DNA of 64,000 nucleotides, from NCBI GenBank assembly GCA_040954595.2, contig CM082596.2:9382461-9446460 (forward strand), read 5' to 3'. The stretch is from Balanoglossus misakiensis (taxonomy: Eukaryota; Animalia; Hemichordata). This document shows positions 1 to 14,361 of this stretch, piece by piece. The position numbers were made by a program, and so were the translations under genes. Position 1 is the stretch's first letter, and every line of letters starts with the position of its first letter. The notes below the pieces were generated by a model. It did not search any database. It was not told the origin of the DNA and saw nothing but the letters and a program-made list of their open reading frames with translations.

Positions 1-1224
1 TTATAGCAAATGGGTTTCCCATTGGCTGCCAATATGCCATGTCACTTTAATTTTTAGCAGTTGTCAGAATTCCTTCTTCCTTGCCGCCAATGGCATACTA
101 TTCTTTCCACATTACGAAACTATCATTTTATAGGTTATCGGTATACATGTACATGTGCGTGTACATATGATATTATCGAGGTGCAGGCAGCACCTGTGGG
201 GTATACGTCCACCTGTGATCACTAAGATACATCTTTCAGCTAGTATACAGCCTCTGATCATAGTGATCATCTTCCTTGTGTCTTTACTAATGAAACACAC
301 CATTTACCGGTGTTGTCATTGATATCTCTAATATTGTCAACTCTGTCAAGTTGTGGGCAGCTTCATCTTTCTGAAACCTCTGGTCATCTGAACTTGATGA
401 CAACTGTTTTACCTAAATCCGTAAGTTTCAATGGGATCTTATGGATATTGCTCAGGCCAAATCACTCAAGTGTAAAACAATTTCCATCAAAGACGTTACA
501 CATTGGGGACAGGCCTTAAAATACAGTGAAATGTATGGTGACAATCACCTGACAACATTCGTGCCTCACTACAAGTCTTGATTTGCATCAGACCATTTTT
601 TCTGCATGTCTGGCAGTCCAGTGTCGTGGGAATTAACCCCTGCACATAAAACTGAGCTTCATGCAGTTCTGTCTTTTACTATATCACCAGAAAGCACATA
701 GCCTTATCCATTCAAGTAGTGTTAGTAGACAAGAACAGCCAATACCACATCAACCGACCAGGCACGAGCTCTGTTTAATTATTCTCTCAAATCCTTTTAT
801 TACTCATGTACTCACTGGATCCTGTTCCCTCAGCCAATCCATTCGCAGTTTGCAATCTACATATGTATTAGTTTTCTTTTCTCTTTACTATTGTCTATGG
901 TTCTTGGTATGTGTTGAGATGGTTTTAACAGCTGTGACTTATCTCTATTGGCGGAGGCCCGTCTGGCTGATTGGCATTTTCATGATACACACAGGATGGG
1001 TCAGGTCAGAACACTCTATTCCACAAAACTATTTGAGCTAGACCTTCAACTCATGCTTTCAACCCTATGCTATCTTATAGCAGGCTCCCAGATCCACTTG
1101 TTTCTCACCATGTGATGAATATTTGTCCAGCCATGAATCATTGCTCCTCAGGAATTATGAATAGTCAGGCCATTATAGCAAGAGTGCAGTGGAGAGTGCA
1201 TTGTACTTCACCAAGGCATATACT

Positions 1225-2058
1225 GGAGATCATGCCAGCTCAGATGGATGGTATATATCTCACCAGGAGACCAATTTGCTTTATGCAGTTTGTTAGGCTC
1301 AGATCTTTGTTCTTCTTAATCACGAAGCCCTCCTACTTTGGGACTACTGGATGCAGGATATTACTAAGTATGACACGGATGTCCACATCTACATGCAGTG
1401 TTTGTGTGGTGAGTACCTTAATTTGTACAGTACAGCAGTGGATCTTGGAGCACCTATGAGGAACATAAGCTCAATACCCTTTCACATGTTCTGCCTGTGA
1501 CATATCCTGGATGTGAAATATCAAGACAAAGTTACTAACACCACTGTCCTGAAGAGAGTTGGAATTTCTAGCATGTACCTGGTACAGTCTGCTGAAGCAG
1601 AGACACAATACACTGGCTTGGCAATGTGCTCATAGATGATGGGTGGATCCTAAAAGACCTCCTGTACGGCGCAAACTGACACTTAATGGCAAACAGACCT
1701 GACATTACACCACAGGGATGTTTGCAAAAGAGACACGAAGTCCCTGGATATCAACACAAACTCTTGGGAGTCTAAAAATTAGCCTCAGACCGAATGACCT
1801 GAAGACAAGTCTTGAAGTGGTTGGCAACGGCTCTCCAACTTTGAAGAGACACTTGCCAAAACGTGCGTAGTCAAGAGACAGAGAAGGAAGGCATCAAGCC
1901 AGGCAAACAGCTCCTCCTAAGCCTTCACCTGTTTAAAGTATCAGAGAGACAGTCATTCTCACATTGGATTGACTAGTCACACCTGATGCTGTTCCAGATC
2001 TAGACCAGCATCCCAGCATGAAGATCCAATTGATCTCTCAAGACTGAAGGATGCCAAC
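1225..2058 (+). mobile_element. Decayed RTE-clade non-LTR retrotransposon, 3' portion
   Basis: Frameshifted fragments read as the RTE ORF C-terminus (HKLNT-FHMFCL, QDKVTNTTVLKRVGISSM, KDLLYG, RDVCKRDTKSLDINTNSWES, HSHIGLTSHT) followed by an RTE-like 3' end (TCTCTCAAGACTGAAGGATGCCAAC). 5' boundary approximate. Confidence 0.8.
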
Positions 2059-2418
2059 TGAACGCACCTCATCCATACTGCCTCCACATTGTAGTACTGT
2101 TTCATCTAGTGGAACACACACTGAAGGGAATGTATTGAGCACTTCACCAGCTATCCCATACATCTTCATTATAAGGATGATTTCTTTACTTCTGTCTCAG
2201 TTTAGAGAGGGGAAATTTACACAAAGGCTATTATTAGGGACAACTGAAGTATACTGTTTTTAGGATAAAACTCTTCCATGAATGTGAGTGATGGTTTTCA
2301 AAAGTCACACAACCTATGAATCAAGGCGTTATAACCCACCTCATCTGACTTTGAAACAGACACAACAGAAATGTTTACAACAACATCAAGAATAATATGT
2401 ACAGACATGTACATGTAT

Positions 2419-3936
2419 CAGACCCACCAATAAGTATTTACGCACCCACGTTCTGCAGTGAAAACATTTCAGAAACATGAAATAACACACCTTGCAGACA
2501 GTTTTTAGCAAAAATTCAAATATTTTTCATAAATTCACGAGAAATAACAGTCATACAACAAAAATCTTTCATCTGTGATTAAATTTGAGCGAGAAATATC
2601 GACGTAAAAATAGATGTGCGACGGAGTCAGCGAAACATTCCATTCTCTATGGGAACAACAATGCAAAGAACGTCATGAATATTCATGAGGTGAAATCGAA
2701 CGAACCAAATGTCAATAATGGATATGTCCACCCCTTCGCCTAATGACCTCTCGCTGGTGCTTCGGCATAGTATCGACGACTTTCCGACACATATTTTGCA
2801 GGAATTGTTCCCAAGATGTTACTATGCGATTAAATAGGTCGTTGATGCTGTGTATTGGACGGGAATGAACGTCCAAGTCGATTAACTCCCACAGGTTCGC
2901 GATGGGGCTCAAATCAGGAGACTAGGCTGGTCACTCCAACATTGTAAAATTGTCGAACGGATAGCCGTAATCCTGGGGATTTTGCAGAAATGATTTCACA
3001 TCCAAGGCAGTATGTTCGGGGGCATTATCCTGTTGGAACACAAAATCACAAACAACCTGGGACCACTGAACAGGTGTCCAGTTGACGTAACGCGGGGCAA
3101 AACGTAGTCACGCTGAATTGTGCCGGGGTTGTAATTTCGGCTTTTTCTTGGCCACACATCCACGGAGTCTGGCTCCTCTGTACAATTGAGATTTGATTGT
3201 GCTCATACTCAAAAGTTTCCCGGTGTCCTCATGAAATTTAGCGCGGAGGTCACGGGCCGTCTTGAATCTGTCCGTCAGACTTGATGTAATCAACATTCAG
3301 TCTTCACATTCAGTTGTTCGCCTTTGCCGTCCAGATCGATGTAAATTGTCCGTGCTACCATTTCGAACAAGTTTCCGAATGTTGTACCTGACGCTGCCTT
3401 CGGTGATTCCATGCTGCCTTGCAATTTCTCGGTTTCTCAAACCTTGCCTATGGAGTGACCCAATTTGACCTTTCACAAATTCAGGAAGTTCGCAAACTTT
3501 AAGCATGATTTCACTTATTCAATGTTTACAAACAACAATTAAGCAACAACCTCCGACGACCTCGATCAGAATATTCATAAGCAAATCTGGCAGATTTTCC
3601 CGCTCCAAAATTTAATCAGAATTATATTTAAAAGGTCTGATTGGTGGAGATTAAAATATGAATAGAGGGAAATTAGCCACGGACACAATGGCTCGAAAAG
3701 TTAATGAAAATGAGTATACCGCCATTGCAATAACCACAGGAATTTTCACTGGCCGAAAAACTCGCCACATATGCAGTCAGATTCGGCGCGGCAACACATC
3801 TGTGTTGACTAAAATGGGTTAAACCTTCCGTAGGTTATTTATTTTTGGAAATAAGTTACAGACGATCGATTTTGTGAATAATTTTTTATAGCAAACGTTC
3901 ATGGTCAAGGTGCGTAAATACTTATTGGCGGGTCTG
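2419..3936 (-). mobile_element. Tc1/mariner DNA transposon, defective
   Basis: 28-bp TIRs CAGACCCACCAATAAGTATTTACGCACC (2419-2446) and its reverse complement (3909-3936) with 1 mismatch; TA follows the right end (left flank reads TAT); transposase remnants inside. Confidence 0.92.
2712..3506 (-). pseudogene. Tc1-family transposase pseudogene
   Basis: ORF pieces 3297-3506 (HTH, GRQRRTT), 3108-3296 (KKPKL) and 2712-2912 (SPIANLW...RRGGHIHY), plus FQQDNAP and SPDL motifs between them; stops, frameshifts and an internal deletion near 3050. Confidence 0.88.
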
Positions 3937-5424
3937 TATATATAAAGCCTCTCTAAAGCCAGTGAATGAGACCTGGTATACTTGACAAATGAAAAATAAC
4001 AGCATCTGGCAGTCATGCACACATGTTCACTTTTGTCATATAATGTAAAGCCAAACATAATTTCGCAAACAAATTTGCACTAGAGATTGTAGCATCCTGC
4101 AATGTGTTGCAAGTAAATTCGCTGAAAATATAATGTAATAGCTAGACACTCATAAAATGAAATCATACGCTTTGTATGGAATGTTACGTTTGTCACAGAC
4201 TACATGCATCGTCTTGGTGACTGAAATTCAACAGCACATGCATCCATTTTCGCTGTTTATTAAAAAAATTGTGCATTTATCAGAGGTTGTGTTTACGCAA
4301 AAATTATGTATTTTTGACGCCAAAATAGTCATTTGACGTGAAAATCTTAATAAGTGCATCAATATTGACACATTGGAATGGCCTCTCTATTTGCACAATG
4401 GTCAACGTAAACCATACGCATACCGCTCACTACCCCTGGGATCAAAATAATCACTTGCGTGCCCGACCTTTTGTACTCAAAATGTAGCTAATTTTGTTTG
4501 ATGAATTTTGAATTAGACATGTGTACGACGCAGGCTAAGTAAAAGGAGTTTGACACATTTTTTTATGAATGCATCAAAAATACGCACTCTGTTTATTATC
4601 AAATACATTCAAATCTACATATTAGTGGTGTTACATATCTTCAACCTCGATTAAAAATATTTGTAAAAGTACAAAGGCAAATATGGAGCATAATGATAAT
4701 CACCAAAATTCAGCTAGACAGATAAAAATACAAATTGTTATTTTATCAGGTAAAATTCCTCAAATTTACAAGCAAATTGGTATATTATCAGTGTTTCAGC
4801 CAGCTTTTGAAAGCACACAGTACTAGAAATATCTCATGATTCATTCTGATTTGTACCAACAGATAATCCTCAGTCAAACAAGGCATAGTTCACATGTGAA
4901 CAGATAATTGTAGATCACTAATACCAAGTTCGAGATCGTACTTTTAAGGCAAATCTTACTGTGAATAACCATTTCAAATTATTTTTAAAATTATGCATTA
5001 TTGAGAGAGGAGATACTAATTTTATAAAATAATCAAGCAATTGCATAGCCAGCTATACAAAGAAGTTTGAAGTAAAACAGGGACACTTGAAATACCCGTT
5101 TAATCAAAAAAAAATTATTTTTCTATCGCCAGAACAAAGGAAATTTACATGTTAACTTTCAACATAGACTGGCCACCTCAGTTAGTCATTGCTTGTTTCC
5201 CCTAAAGTGTGACATTTGCAGTACATGAATATCTAGATTCCTATGGCTTCTAATTTTGATTTTGAAATTTTCACTCTAATTGCTTAACATACTTTTCCTA
5301 GATAAAAATAAATATATTTCTATGTACTTCATATCATTGTTAGCATGTAAAAAAGAAAAAGTTATTAAATGGGCAACGTTCAATGATACAAATCATGGAG
5401 AATTGTGGGTAAAATATTGTACTG

Positions 5425-8400
5425 TGAAGCATGGGAACATTGTGACCCGCAGCAGGTTATAAAGGGGGACAAATCATATTTTCGGGGGATAATATATCAG
5501 GACAGGATTCTCCCTGGGAATAATCATAGATTCAGGGCTAATTTCCATAAAATTTACATAATCATAGCTTCTTTTGGACATCACTAAGGCCCCTCAACAT
5601 CGATATAAAATATTTAATATTATAGCTTTATCAAGTGAATTTTGTGACGTCATAGCTGTAAATTATTATTGATAATGTATCGTGTTATGACGTGGACGCG
5701 CGACACACTCAAGAACCAGCCAGACGTGGACAATTTCTGACTGAATAACGGAGCTTTCAAACAATGCGAACATATTAAGGGCTAAAAAAGAAATGCAAAC
5801 ATACACGGAATAAATACAATGTACTGCGATATTTATTAATTTTAAATCTGACCTTGCGTAGCGATTTGTTTATTTTTTTCTTCCTAATGCGGCACTACAT
5901 GTCATCTGCTCTTGAATCCGCGCAGTTTTCAACATGGCTCGGTCCCACACGTAAAGCAAACCTCTCGATGATACTGGAATTTACATTCCTTCACCATACA
6001 TACCGTGTACCATGTACCAAGCAGTCATGTCAACAAAGTTATACGTAAAAAGTGATGCCGCAATTGTCACTGTTATGTTGTCTACACGGTATGGAGGGTC
6101 GATCGAGGGCGAGATTGTTTATGTAATGCAACCTTTCGAGCGCTCATATACGTGAACTTTCCTGGGAACGCCAATGAATGCAAATATTGCCTGAGTCCTC
6201 ACCAAGATTTCACAAAAATCAAATATTTTTCAAATATATTTCAGCAGAACCCTTAAATGAATTTTTGTATGCGTTAATAAACCTTCATTATTTATTTCCT
6301 GATGTTTGAATATGATACTAGACATGTACAGTACATGGATTGACTGCAATCAGCTGATCTTATGTTTACGCCATTCCTCTGTTTTCGATATCTGTGACCG
6401 AGTCTGAGTTTTTCTGTGATTTTTTTTTTTTTTTTTTTTGGGGGGGGGGGAAAGATCAACATTCAGGATTAGATTAAAAGTACATGAGCTGCAACTGGAT
6501 AAAAATTTTAAGTTTTAAATAATCCCATATATCCTTTGAATTATGTCTATTAAATGATATTTCATAATAGTATATATCAAGATCACTTATTTTGAACAAA
6601 ATGGCCAAAAATTAAAGAAAATCGAAAATTCCTGCAATATTGCGATCAAAAATGAAAATGTAATGTCCCAGCGGAGTACATTTACTTCCACAGTTGTAGT
6701 GGATGAGATCATGCTTCGTTTATTAAATTTTATAGTGGGAAATGCAACGTTTTCCTTGTTTCTAGCATTTTTTCACGGTGGTGACCATGTTCATTTGCAG
6801 TTTACTGGCCCTGGGCTGCTGTTAATTTTATAAGCCTGTGCAGACGCGCAGACACATGGCATGACCTCCAACAAAAGTTGCTTCATCTTTTGTCATGTTT
6901 AGCTGATTTGTTAACAATGCGCGCACGCGCTCAGTGCGTTGCTTGTGTTACTAGGCTATTGATGCTATTTACAGGACGCTTGTCTAAAGATAACTTGTGC
7001 ACTGAATGAAATGGCAGCACACTGCTCTTGACAGCGTGCAGAGCTGCGTTGCTTCTAGGGTGATTCAAGCCGTTGAAGGCGTGAAATCACTCAGTTGTGT
7101 TCACTAATTGTCAAAAATTGAAAGGGAGTAGTAAGTTACAGTGAAAGCAAAGGTGGATGCACAGCAAAAGTATGGGAGGTGACAATCTGTCATATTGTTG
7201 TTCACTCAGTAAGAATGTGTCACAGTGACCCATGAAGATTTATTTTGTTGTGACAATCCAATATTTATTGCATCAAATGTCACAAGGCCGCACGCAAGCT
7301 GAAACACTGTATATTGTTTTATTTCTGTAATTTGTGATTTTAGATAGTATTAGTGTTTTAAACACAGAGAGAGCACCTATTTAGGATTCTTAGCCACCCA
7401 TTTGTTTTTCCAACTGATTATCTGAAATTTTACAAAGCAAAGCGGATAGTTCTGATAGACAGACAAAAACTACTTGTATGATAAAATTATACTGTTACCA
7501 AGTGAAGGAATGTCTTGCTTGTGTCTAGAAATCACAAATTATCACAGTCTACTGGTTAGGACCTTGCAGGCCTACAGATATTCGGATGACTGCTTTCAGG
7601 ACAGTTACACTTGAACATTGCAGCCTTCTATTGCAATTGCACCTTAATCTTTAACCCCAATCTAACCTCTAACATTAACCTCTAACCTCTAACCACTAAC
7701 CTTAATAGCAGGCAGGAATGTCCACGTTTTCTGTCCTTGAAGTTGATACCCTCTGAATATTTGGCAAAAGTCACATTGTCTTTACACTTAAACAAAAGTG
7801 CCAATGTTGTATGACTGCCTACCAAATATGCTCTCTCTTTCAGTGTTTCAGCTAGCGTGCGGTCTTGCGACATTTGACGCAATAAACGTTGGATAGTCGC
7901 AACGGAATAATCTTCATGGGTCACTGTGATGCATTCTTCCTGAGTGAGCAACAATGTGACTGATTGTCACCCCTGTACTTTTGCTTTGCGTCCACCGTTG
8001 CTTTCACTGTAACTAGCTACACCCTTTCAATTCTTGACAATTTAGTGAACACATTTGAGTGATTTCACACCTTCCATGGCTTGAATCACCCAAGAAGCAA
8101 CGCAGCTCTGCACGCTGTCAAGAGCAGTGCGCTGCCATTTCATTCAGTGCACAAGTTATCTTTAGACAGGCGTCCTATAAATCGCATCAACAGCCTAGTA
8201 ACACAAGCAACGCACTGAACGCGTGCGCGCATTGTAACAAATCAGCTAAACATGACAAATGATGAAGCAACTTTTGTTGGAGGTCATGCCAAGTGTCTGC
8301 GCGTCTGCACATGATTATAAAATTAACAGCAGCCGAGGGCCGGTAATAATTGCGAAGGGCAGGTAAATTTCATTGCCGCCTGCCCTGCTTCATGCCTACC

Positions 8401-9512
8401 TGATAAGGTAAACTTTGAATTACTTTGCACTATTTGATTTTGTTTAGAATAGGGTGATAGGGTGGTGTATGATTGCAAAAAAAAATATTATCAAAGTAAT
8501 TAATCTGATCCTGAATGTTGATCTTCCCCCCCCAAAAAAAAACAAAACAAAAAAAACAAAAAACAAACACAAAACAATGCACAATAACATTTCTTCACCA
8601 ATGGCAGTAAATCATAATTAACACAAAATCTGAGATGGCTTGTCGTAGGATATGTCCAATTTCTAAAAAAAACAGATACATGTAGTAGGATGCAAAAGAC
8701 AACCAGCACTGAAAACTTGTGAACTTGGCATGGGCAGGCAGTGTTTCATCCAGGACACAGGTGAATTAGGCGTTCTGTTCGTGGAAACAAACAAACAAAC
8801 AAACAAACAAACAAAATAGAAACAGCAACCACCATCATGATAAACAATGCAGTGTCTTGAATTAAGCCAACCACTCGTGCGATCAAGCAGCTGACACAAG
8901 AAGTGGCTTGTTTCAAAGGTCCCGTATGCTAGTAAATTGGCATATAGCAGGAAGCTGTCTAACTCCCACTTGAAAACTGCTCGACACTGTTGAATATTTG
9001 CCATTTTTAGCCTCTAAATGTCTGACATCTATAAAATTTCTACCCCATTTTAAAACATCAATAAACAGGCTGTCATATCAGCATCGATTTATCAGTCTCT
9101 CTTACTACTGGTTGTTGCTAGCGCGTAAAAAATATGACAACATCACAGTTTTTGAGGCGAATAGCAAGTCGTGGGAACATCAGGGTGTTTTATTGGAGCG
9201 CACTTCGTAACCCGTGGTCAATTTCAAATACTTCCACTAGTAATAGTATTTCACTAGGCCTACTTTACACTGGATATAAAAAAGACAATATTCTTTCTTA
9301 GTAAGTACGATGTGCCAATGTCAGCATACTTGATAAGTAACGGCCGTGGTAAAATTTGTCCAAAAGAAGCTATGATTATGTAAATTGTATGGGAATTAGC
9401 CCTGACTCTATGATTTTTCCAAGGGAGAACACTGTCCTGATATATTGTCCCCCGAAAATGTGATCTGTCCCCCTTTTAACCTGCTGCGGGTCACAATCGT
9501 CCCATGCTTTCA
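5425..9512. mobile_element. Candidate long-TIR/foldback element defined by ~155-bp inverted repeats
   Basis: 5425-5580 is the imperfect reverse complement of 9357-9512; no coding remnant or clear TSD seen. Confidence 0.6.
6802..8346. repeat. ~505-bp-arm inverted repeat with ~530-bp spacer
   Basis: 6802-7309 matches the reverse complement of 7841-8346 throughout, with scattered substitutions. Confidence 0.9.
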
Positions 9513-11009
9513 AAAGCTGGCTGGACTTTGATGTGGCAAATTTAATTCAACAAAAGGGAACATGTAGCCAGGCCAAAGACAGCACATATTTTGTAAGAAC
9601 CGTAGTATAGTTTTTATCAAAAATTTAATGCATTTCTGTTTCAAGGCTGAAGTAGTGCGGATTAATCCTTGTTCATAGGTTGTCACACTCTTTAAGTACC
9701 ACTATTTTCATATCCATAGAAAAAAATTCATAAAATGTATGATCTCCAACGATGCATCGCAGGGAAATTTTTTACGACTTTTCTGCTAGTTTATGTTATC
9801 AGACCATAAAAAGGCTTCCTGTCATTATAGGGACTACACTCATTTGCATGTTGCATATTTGCTGCATTTTTATCACCAAGCTTTTCAAATTCTTCTACGG
9901 ATGCATTGATATCAGGGGACAACAGTGTTATTGTTGCAAATCCCATGGTTTAGACCCCCAAGGCACCGGCTATTCTTTGTTTTTGAATGAAGCTGGTTTT
10001 CCCTCTGGGCCCTCTAAGTCAGTTATGCATGTGCAATTCATTGTTAATAACATTGCCTCTGCTGGATTGACAGTTGCAGGGGTTAATCATAATACCTTAC
10101 AAATGACCCACAAGACTGACAAATTGGTTGAAGACCTGGAGAAATTCACGCAAAGTGAATACTGCTGGGAGCTACATTGAAACACACTGTAGACAGACAC
10201 ATTTCACAATACCATCCAATATGCTATGGTATCAACATTCAATCAGTCACTGTTAAACATTCAGTCTGCATGACTTGTGTACTTTCCATCTTGTTGTAAG
10301 AGTTGCTTGATTTGCTTGACATCTCTTGCTTTGGCTGTATTTGCCTGAATGGCACATCTGCAAATTGTTTGAAATCTTTTATTTTATCTTTGATTGTAAT
10401 CATTTATCTTGTTTGAATACTTTTTTTAGTTTTGATGCAATTTTTCTGACCTTTACTTAGTGTTTGTAGTTGTTTATTCCACAACATTGTTTTTGTTTAA
10501 AACCCAAGTTGTGAGTTTTCTCAAGAAGATACGAGTGACAGTTTGAAAAGCGAAAAAAAAAAGAAAAAAAAATTGACTAGAATACTGGCGTAGCTTGTTC
10601 ACTCGATTGCTGCAATACAATATATGGATCGGAAATCAAGCAAGTTTTTCATGTAACTTTTGTTTCATAACCAAAAAAAACAACTACATTTTGTCTTTCA
10701 AGTGCAACCTCCAATGAAAAGTTACAATGAATCGGTAGCAGATCATGCAAATGCCTGTTGATCTCCGACCTATTTGAAACTCAAGTAAAATGTGTGGACA
10801 CAAGATTTTTAAGTCCCTGATAAGAAATTTTTACCCACTTATGATAATAAAAAAAGGAGCGCCCTAACCATGGCACATGAGAACACGTCTTAAAATTTTT
10901 CTCGGGGTGCCTCAAGTAAATTAGATTTTGAAATGTCCTCTGAAATGCCCCAACCAGTCTTGGCCCAAACTGCCCCCCCCCCCTCCTCAGTAATACCCTT
11001 TTGATACAC

Positions 11010-11010
11010 C

Positions 11011-11046
<36 letters not shown>

Positions 11047-11215
11047 CGTCCGTCCGTCCGTCCGTCCGTCCGTCCGTCCGTCCGTCTGTCTGTCTAAGTG
11101 AGTGAGTGAGTGAGTGTACACATGTATTTGTCCAAACTTTTGAATAGTTTAGATAGTTAGTTAGTATATAGTTAGTTAGTTAGTAAGTAAATTAGTTAGT
11201 TAGTTAGTAAGTTGG
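11010..11215. repeat. Compound microsatellite (TGTC)n(CGTC)n(GAGT)n followed by degenerate (TTAG)n
   Basis: Directly visible tetranucleotide runs. Confidence 0.95.
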
Positions 11216-11436
11216 TATAAGTTTAGTATTTAGTTAATTAGGTTTATTAGTTTAGGTAGCATAGGTTTAGTTAGGATACATTTATTTACTTAGTTTATTT
11301 ACTCAGTGTATATATTTATTTATTTTATTTATTTAGTTCAATGCACATGTGTACACTTATTATTAAAAAAAATGAAAAATAATATATTTTTTAAATGTGT
11401 GGTCTTATATCTGCACTGACTGGAGGGGTAATATGA

Positions 11437-11784
11437 ATTCTGGCTGCCTTAAATAGGATTTCACTTTGTGCTAGGGGGGTCAAATCACATTGCATTCTGG
11501 ACGAAAAGTTCACAACCAACTGTAGTAAGAGATAGAAGAAATGATATGTTTACTGTATTTCATGACTTCCTTTGGTCAAACATGTCCGTTTTGTAGTTAG
11601 CAACTCATTTTAACTTTTTTCACATTTTGTTATTTTTTATGTTAAAAAGTTTCAGAATGACCCATCATCACTTGGGCTCATGAACTCCCATTTTTTAAAC
11701 ATGGCAAAAATCGGCCATCTTGAAATTGTGTTGACCATATGAGATTTTCATCACTCACTTAGGTAGCTTAAAACCTATTTAAGG
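11437..11784 (+). mobile_element. ~350-bp interspersed repeat (MITE-like); further copies at 30845-31197 and 37606-37952
   Basis: Three high-similarity copies; near-terminal inverted repeat CCTTAAATAGG...CCTATTTAAGG in this copy. Confidence 0.75.
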
Positions 11785-12874
11785 TTGGGAGGATTGGTTG
11801 CTGTAACCGTGGAAGTACTAGAGAGTACCTCCATGCTGTAACAAAGCTTTGATTTATTCTGAGGGGCGGAGGCACGAGAAATTGGGGTCAATCAGTCGTG
11901 TTAAATGCAGATCTCTCCCAGCAGCAGAAAATTTAATAAGTGTTACCCTCCCTCTATATTAGTCTAAATTTGTATAATGACGTAACCCTCGCATAAAGGG
12001 GTATGTTAAATTTAGATGCAAGTATGCCACCTCAGCTTGGTCATATCAAACTGTACCCACAGTGCTTCAATGTGACCCTCTCTCTAGTCCTCATTTGTAT
12101 AATGTGCGTCTACCACAAAGGACCATGTTAAGTTTCCACCTTCTTGGTCCCATAAAATCTATCCAAATAAACAAGGTTGTTTATGGTTTCACCAACATCA
12201 AGAATCAGGAATACAGAGGTAATTGACCAAACAATACAATTCGGACTTAAATCATAATTGTATAATTGTAAAATTCTGAGTTCTCACTAAGCAGGCGCCG
12301 GGCCATCAAGACATCTGGTCAGCTACTTTGCAGAACAGGTCACCTATTCTTTCTCTATCAACAGTACCAGAGAATAGCACCATGGCATTCTATGTCTAAG
12401 TTTGTCAATCAACCAACCAAGTGAAAAACAAGATCCTAATTCAACCGTTGCCATTGCAAATAAACTTCAACATTTGAAATCAATGTCAGAGCAATTAATG
12501 TTGTAAAGTTAAAGGTCTGATGAACCATTATTGCCTTTGAACATCACCACATTATGACTCAGTGAGATGATCAATGCAGGACTGTGGCGGCTGGCAACTT
12601 AGTATAGGTTGCAAGATCAAAAATGTTTAGTTCTACTTTTTCTAGTGTTTGTTAAATATACCATAATTTTCAGTGATACCCTTGAAAAAATAAGCTCAAT
12701 GTCTCTTCTTTACATCTACATGATTTGATGAGAATTGACTTATGTTTTCAACAAAAACAACTTTTGTATTGTATTGTACTAAAAAGAATAATCTTATTAT
12801 GGCTCAATAGTAAATTAATAGTAAACACAACAAAATCACGTCACCACAAAAAGGACAAAGACATACATATCAGG

Positions 12875-14290
12875 GATTAACTTTCCTGGTGGCCATTGGC
12901 ACAAAGCTGTTGCTGAACCTCAGCTTAGACCACTTAAGGCAACGACGTCTATGACTTGAGGGTAACATTTCAAAGGAGAAATACAATGGATGGTTTACAT
13001 CAGCAGTGATTGCTCAAGCTCTGAGAGAACCGGTGTGGGTCTCCCAAAAGATGCTTGTCGCTTTTAACAATGGAAAGCAATAACACACATTGCAGTAAGT
13101 CCAGAGTGGTTCAACAATACTCCAGTACAACAAAAGTAGCAGATGTGAATTAACATGAAAGGAACACAACCTCTTGAGCATGTGCAATCTTTGCTGTCAT
13201 TTCTTTTGAATAGCTGTTGTGTGCTGACTAAAGGAGAGTTAATTGTTAAGAATATCACCAAGATACTTAAAAAAGACCACCTGTTCATTGGGTTCACCAT
13301 CAATACAAATTGGGACATTTGGTCCTGATACCCGACGAAAGTTAACGTTAAGTTCTTTTGTCTTTGAAACATTAAGCTGTAGAAAATTTGAATTACAGCT
13401 ATTAGAATAATACTTTACCAAGTTTACATATTCCGTTTCCGAGTTTGTGTCATTTAAAAGAACAAGTACAGCTGCACTATCAGAGAATTGGAAAGAAATG
13501 AACTAGTTGAACAATTACTCTGGCAATCATTTGTATAGAAAATGAACGAAAATGGGCTAAGCCTGAAGATACAGCCTTGGGGGCACTGGTATTGGTGAAG
13601 ACCACGGTAGATAGGCCTCCCCTACTCTCTCACAATGTGGTCTGTCAGTTAGGAAGTTATAAACCCAATAAACTATTGCAGGTGCATGGTACACCTACCT
13701 GCAATGATATGTCTATCATAATGTGACGCTAAGTGCTGTTGAAAGAAGAACTGAAGTCGATGAATATAATCCTGGCATAGTGCCCGGCTTTATCAAGGTG
13801 TTTTAACAATTTATGAAGGAGACAAGCAGCTGCGTCATCCGTACCTTTAGGATCTACTTTTGACTGAACATAGGGGAGTAGATGAGACAATATCAAACAT
13901 TTCATTATGAAGGATGTTGCTTTAGCTCTGAAGAAAAAGTAATTTTAGGAACTGGGAAAATTTTTGAAGTCCTCCAAATTTTGGGTGTAGTGCCTGTATC
14001 AATAGAGCGCTGAAAGAAATTCTGAAACAAGGCCTCTAGTCCATCCACGCACGCCTTCAGCACACTGCCAGTTATACCATCTGGGCCAGGGGCTGTCCAA
14101 GGTTTCATATACGGTACTTGAGTCGCACTACATCACCCACAGTGATGACTACATCATTCTGGCATGGGGGTGGACAGGAGGACAGCCTCCTGTCACACTC
14201 CTCAGAGAAGTCTTGCTTGTCAAAACCTTGTATAAAATATGTTAATATCAGAAGCCAATGATTATGAATCTGAAGGAGATAAAACTCGTT
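12875..14290 (-). mobile_element. Decayed Rex1/Babar-like LINE (RT and C-terminal region)
   Basis: APGPDGITGSVLKAC...PKIWRTSKIFPVPK (13905-14108), LQLNVSKTKELNVNFRR...FKYLG (13239-13421), and C-terminal HPLYFSFEMLPSS...RFSNSFVPMATR at ~12880-13000, typical of Rex1-type ORFs; many stops. Confidence 0.82.
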
Positions 14291-14361
14291 GTACACTGAT
14301 TTGACCACACATCTTTTTTCAAATACTGAAAAGCTTTCCTCATTGGGCGCACGACGTATCA

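Noticed and set aside
661-1459. 126-aa and 130-aa ORFs as host genes
   Set aside because: No recognisable domains; the second overlaps the decayed RTE element.
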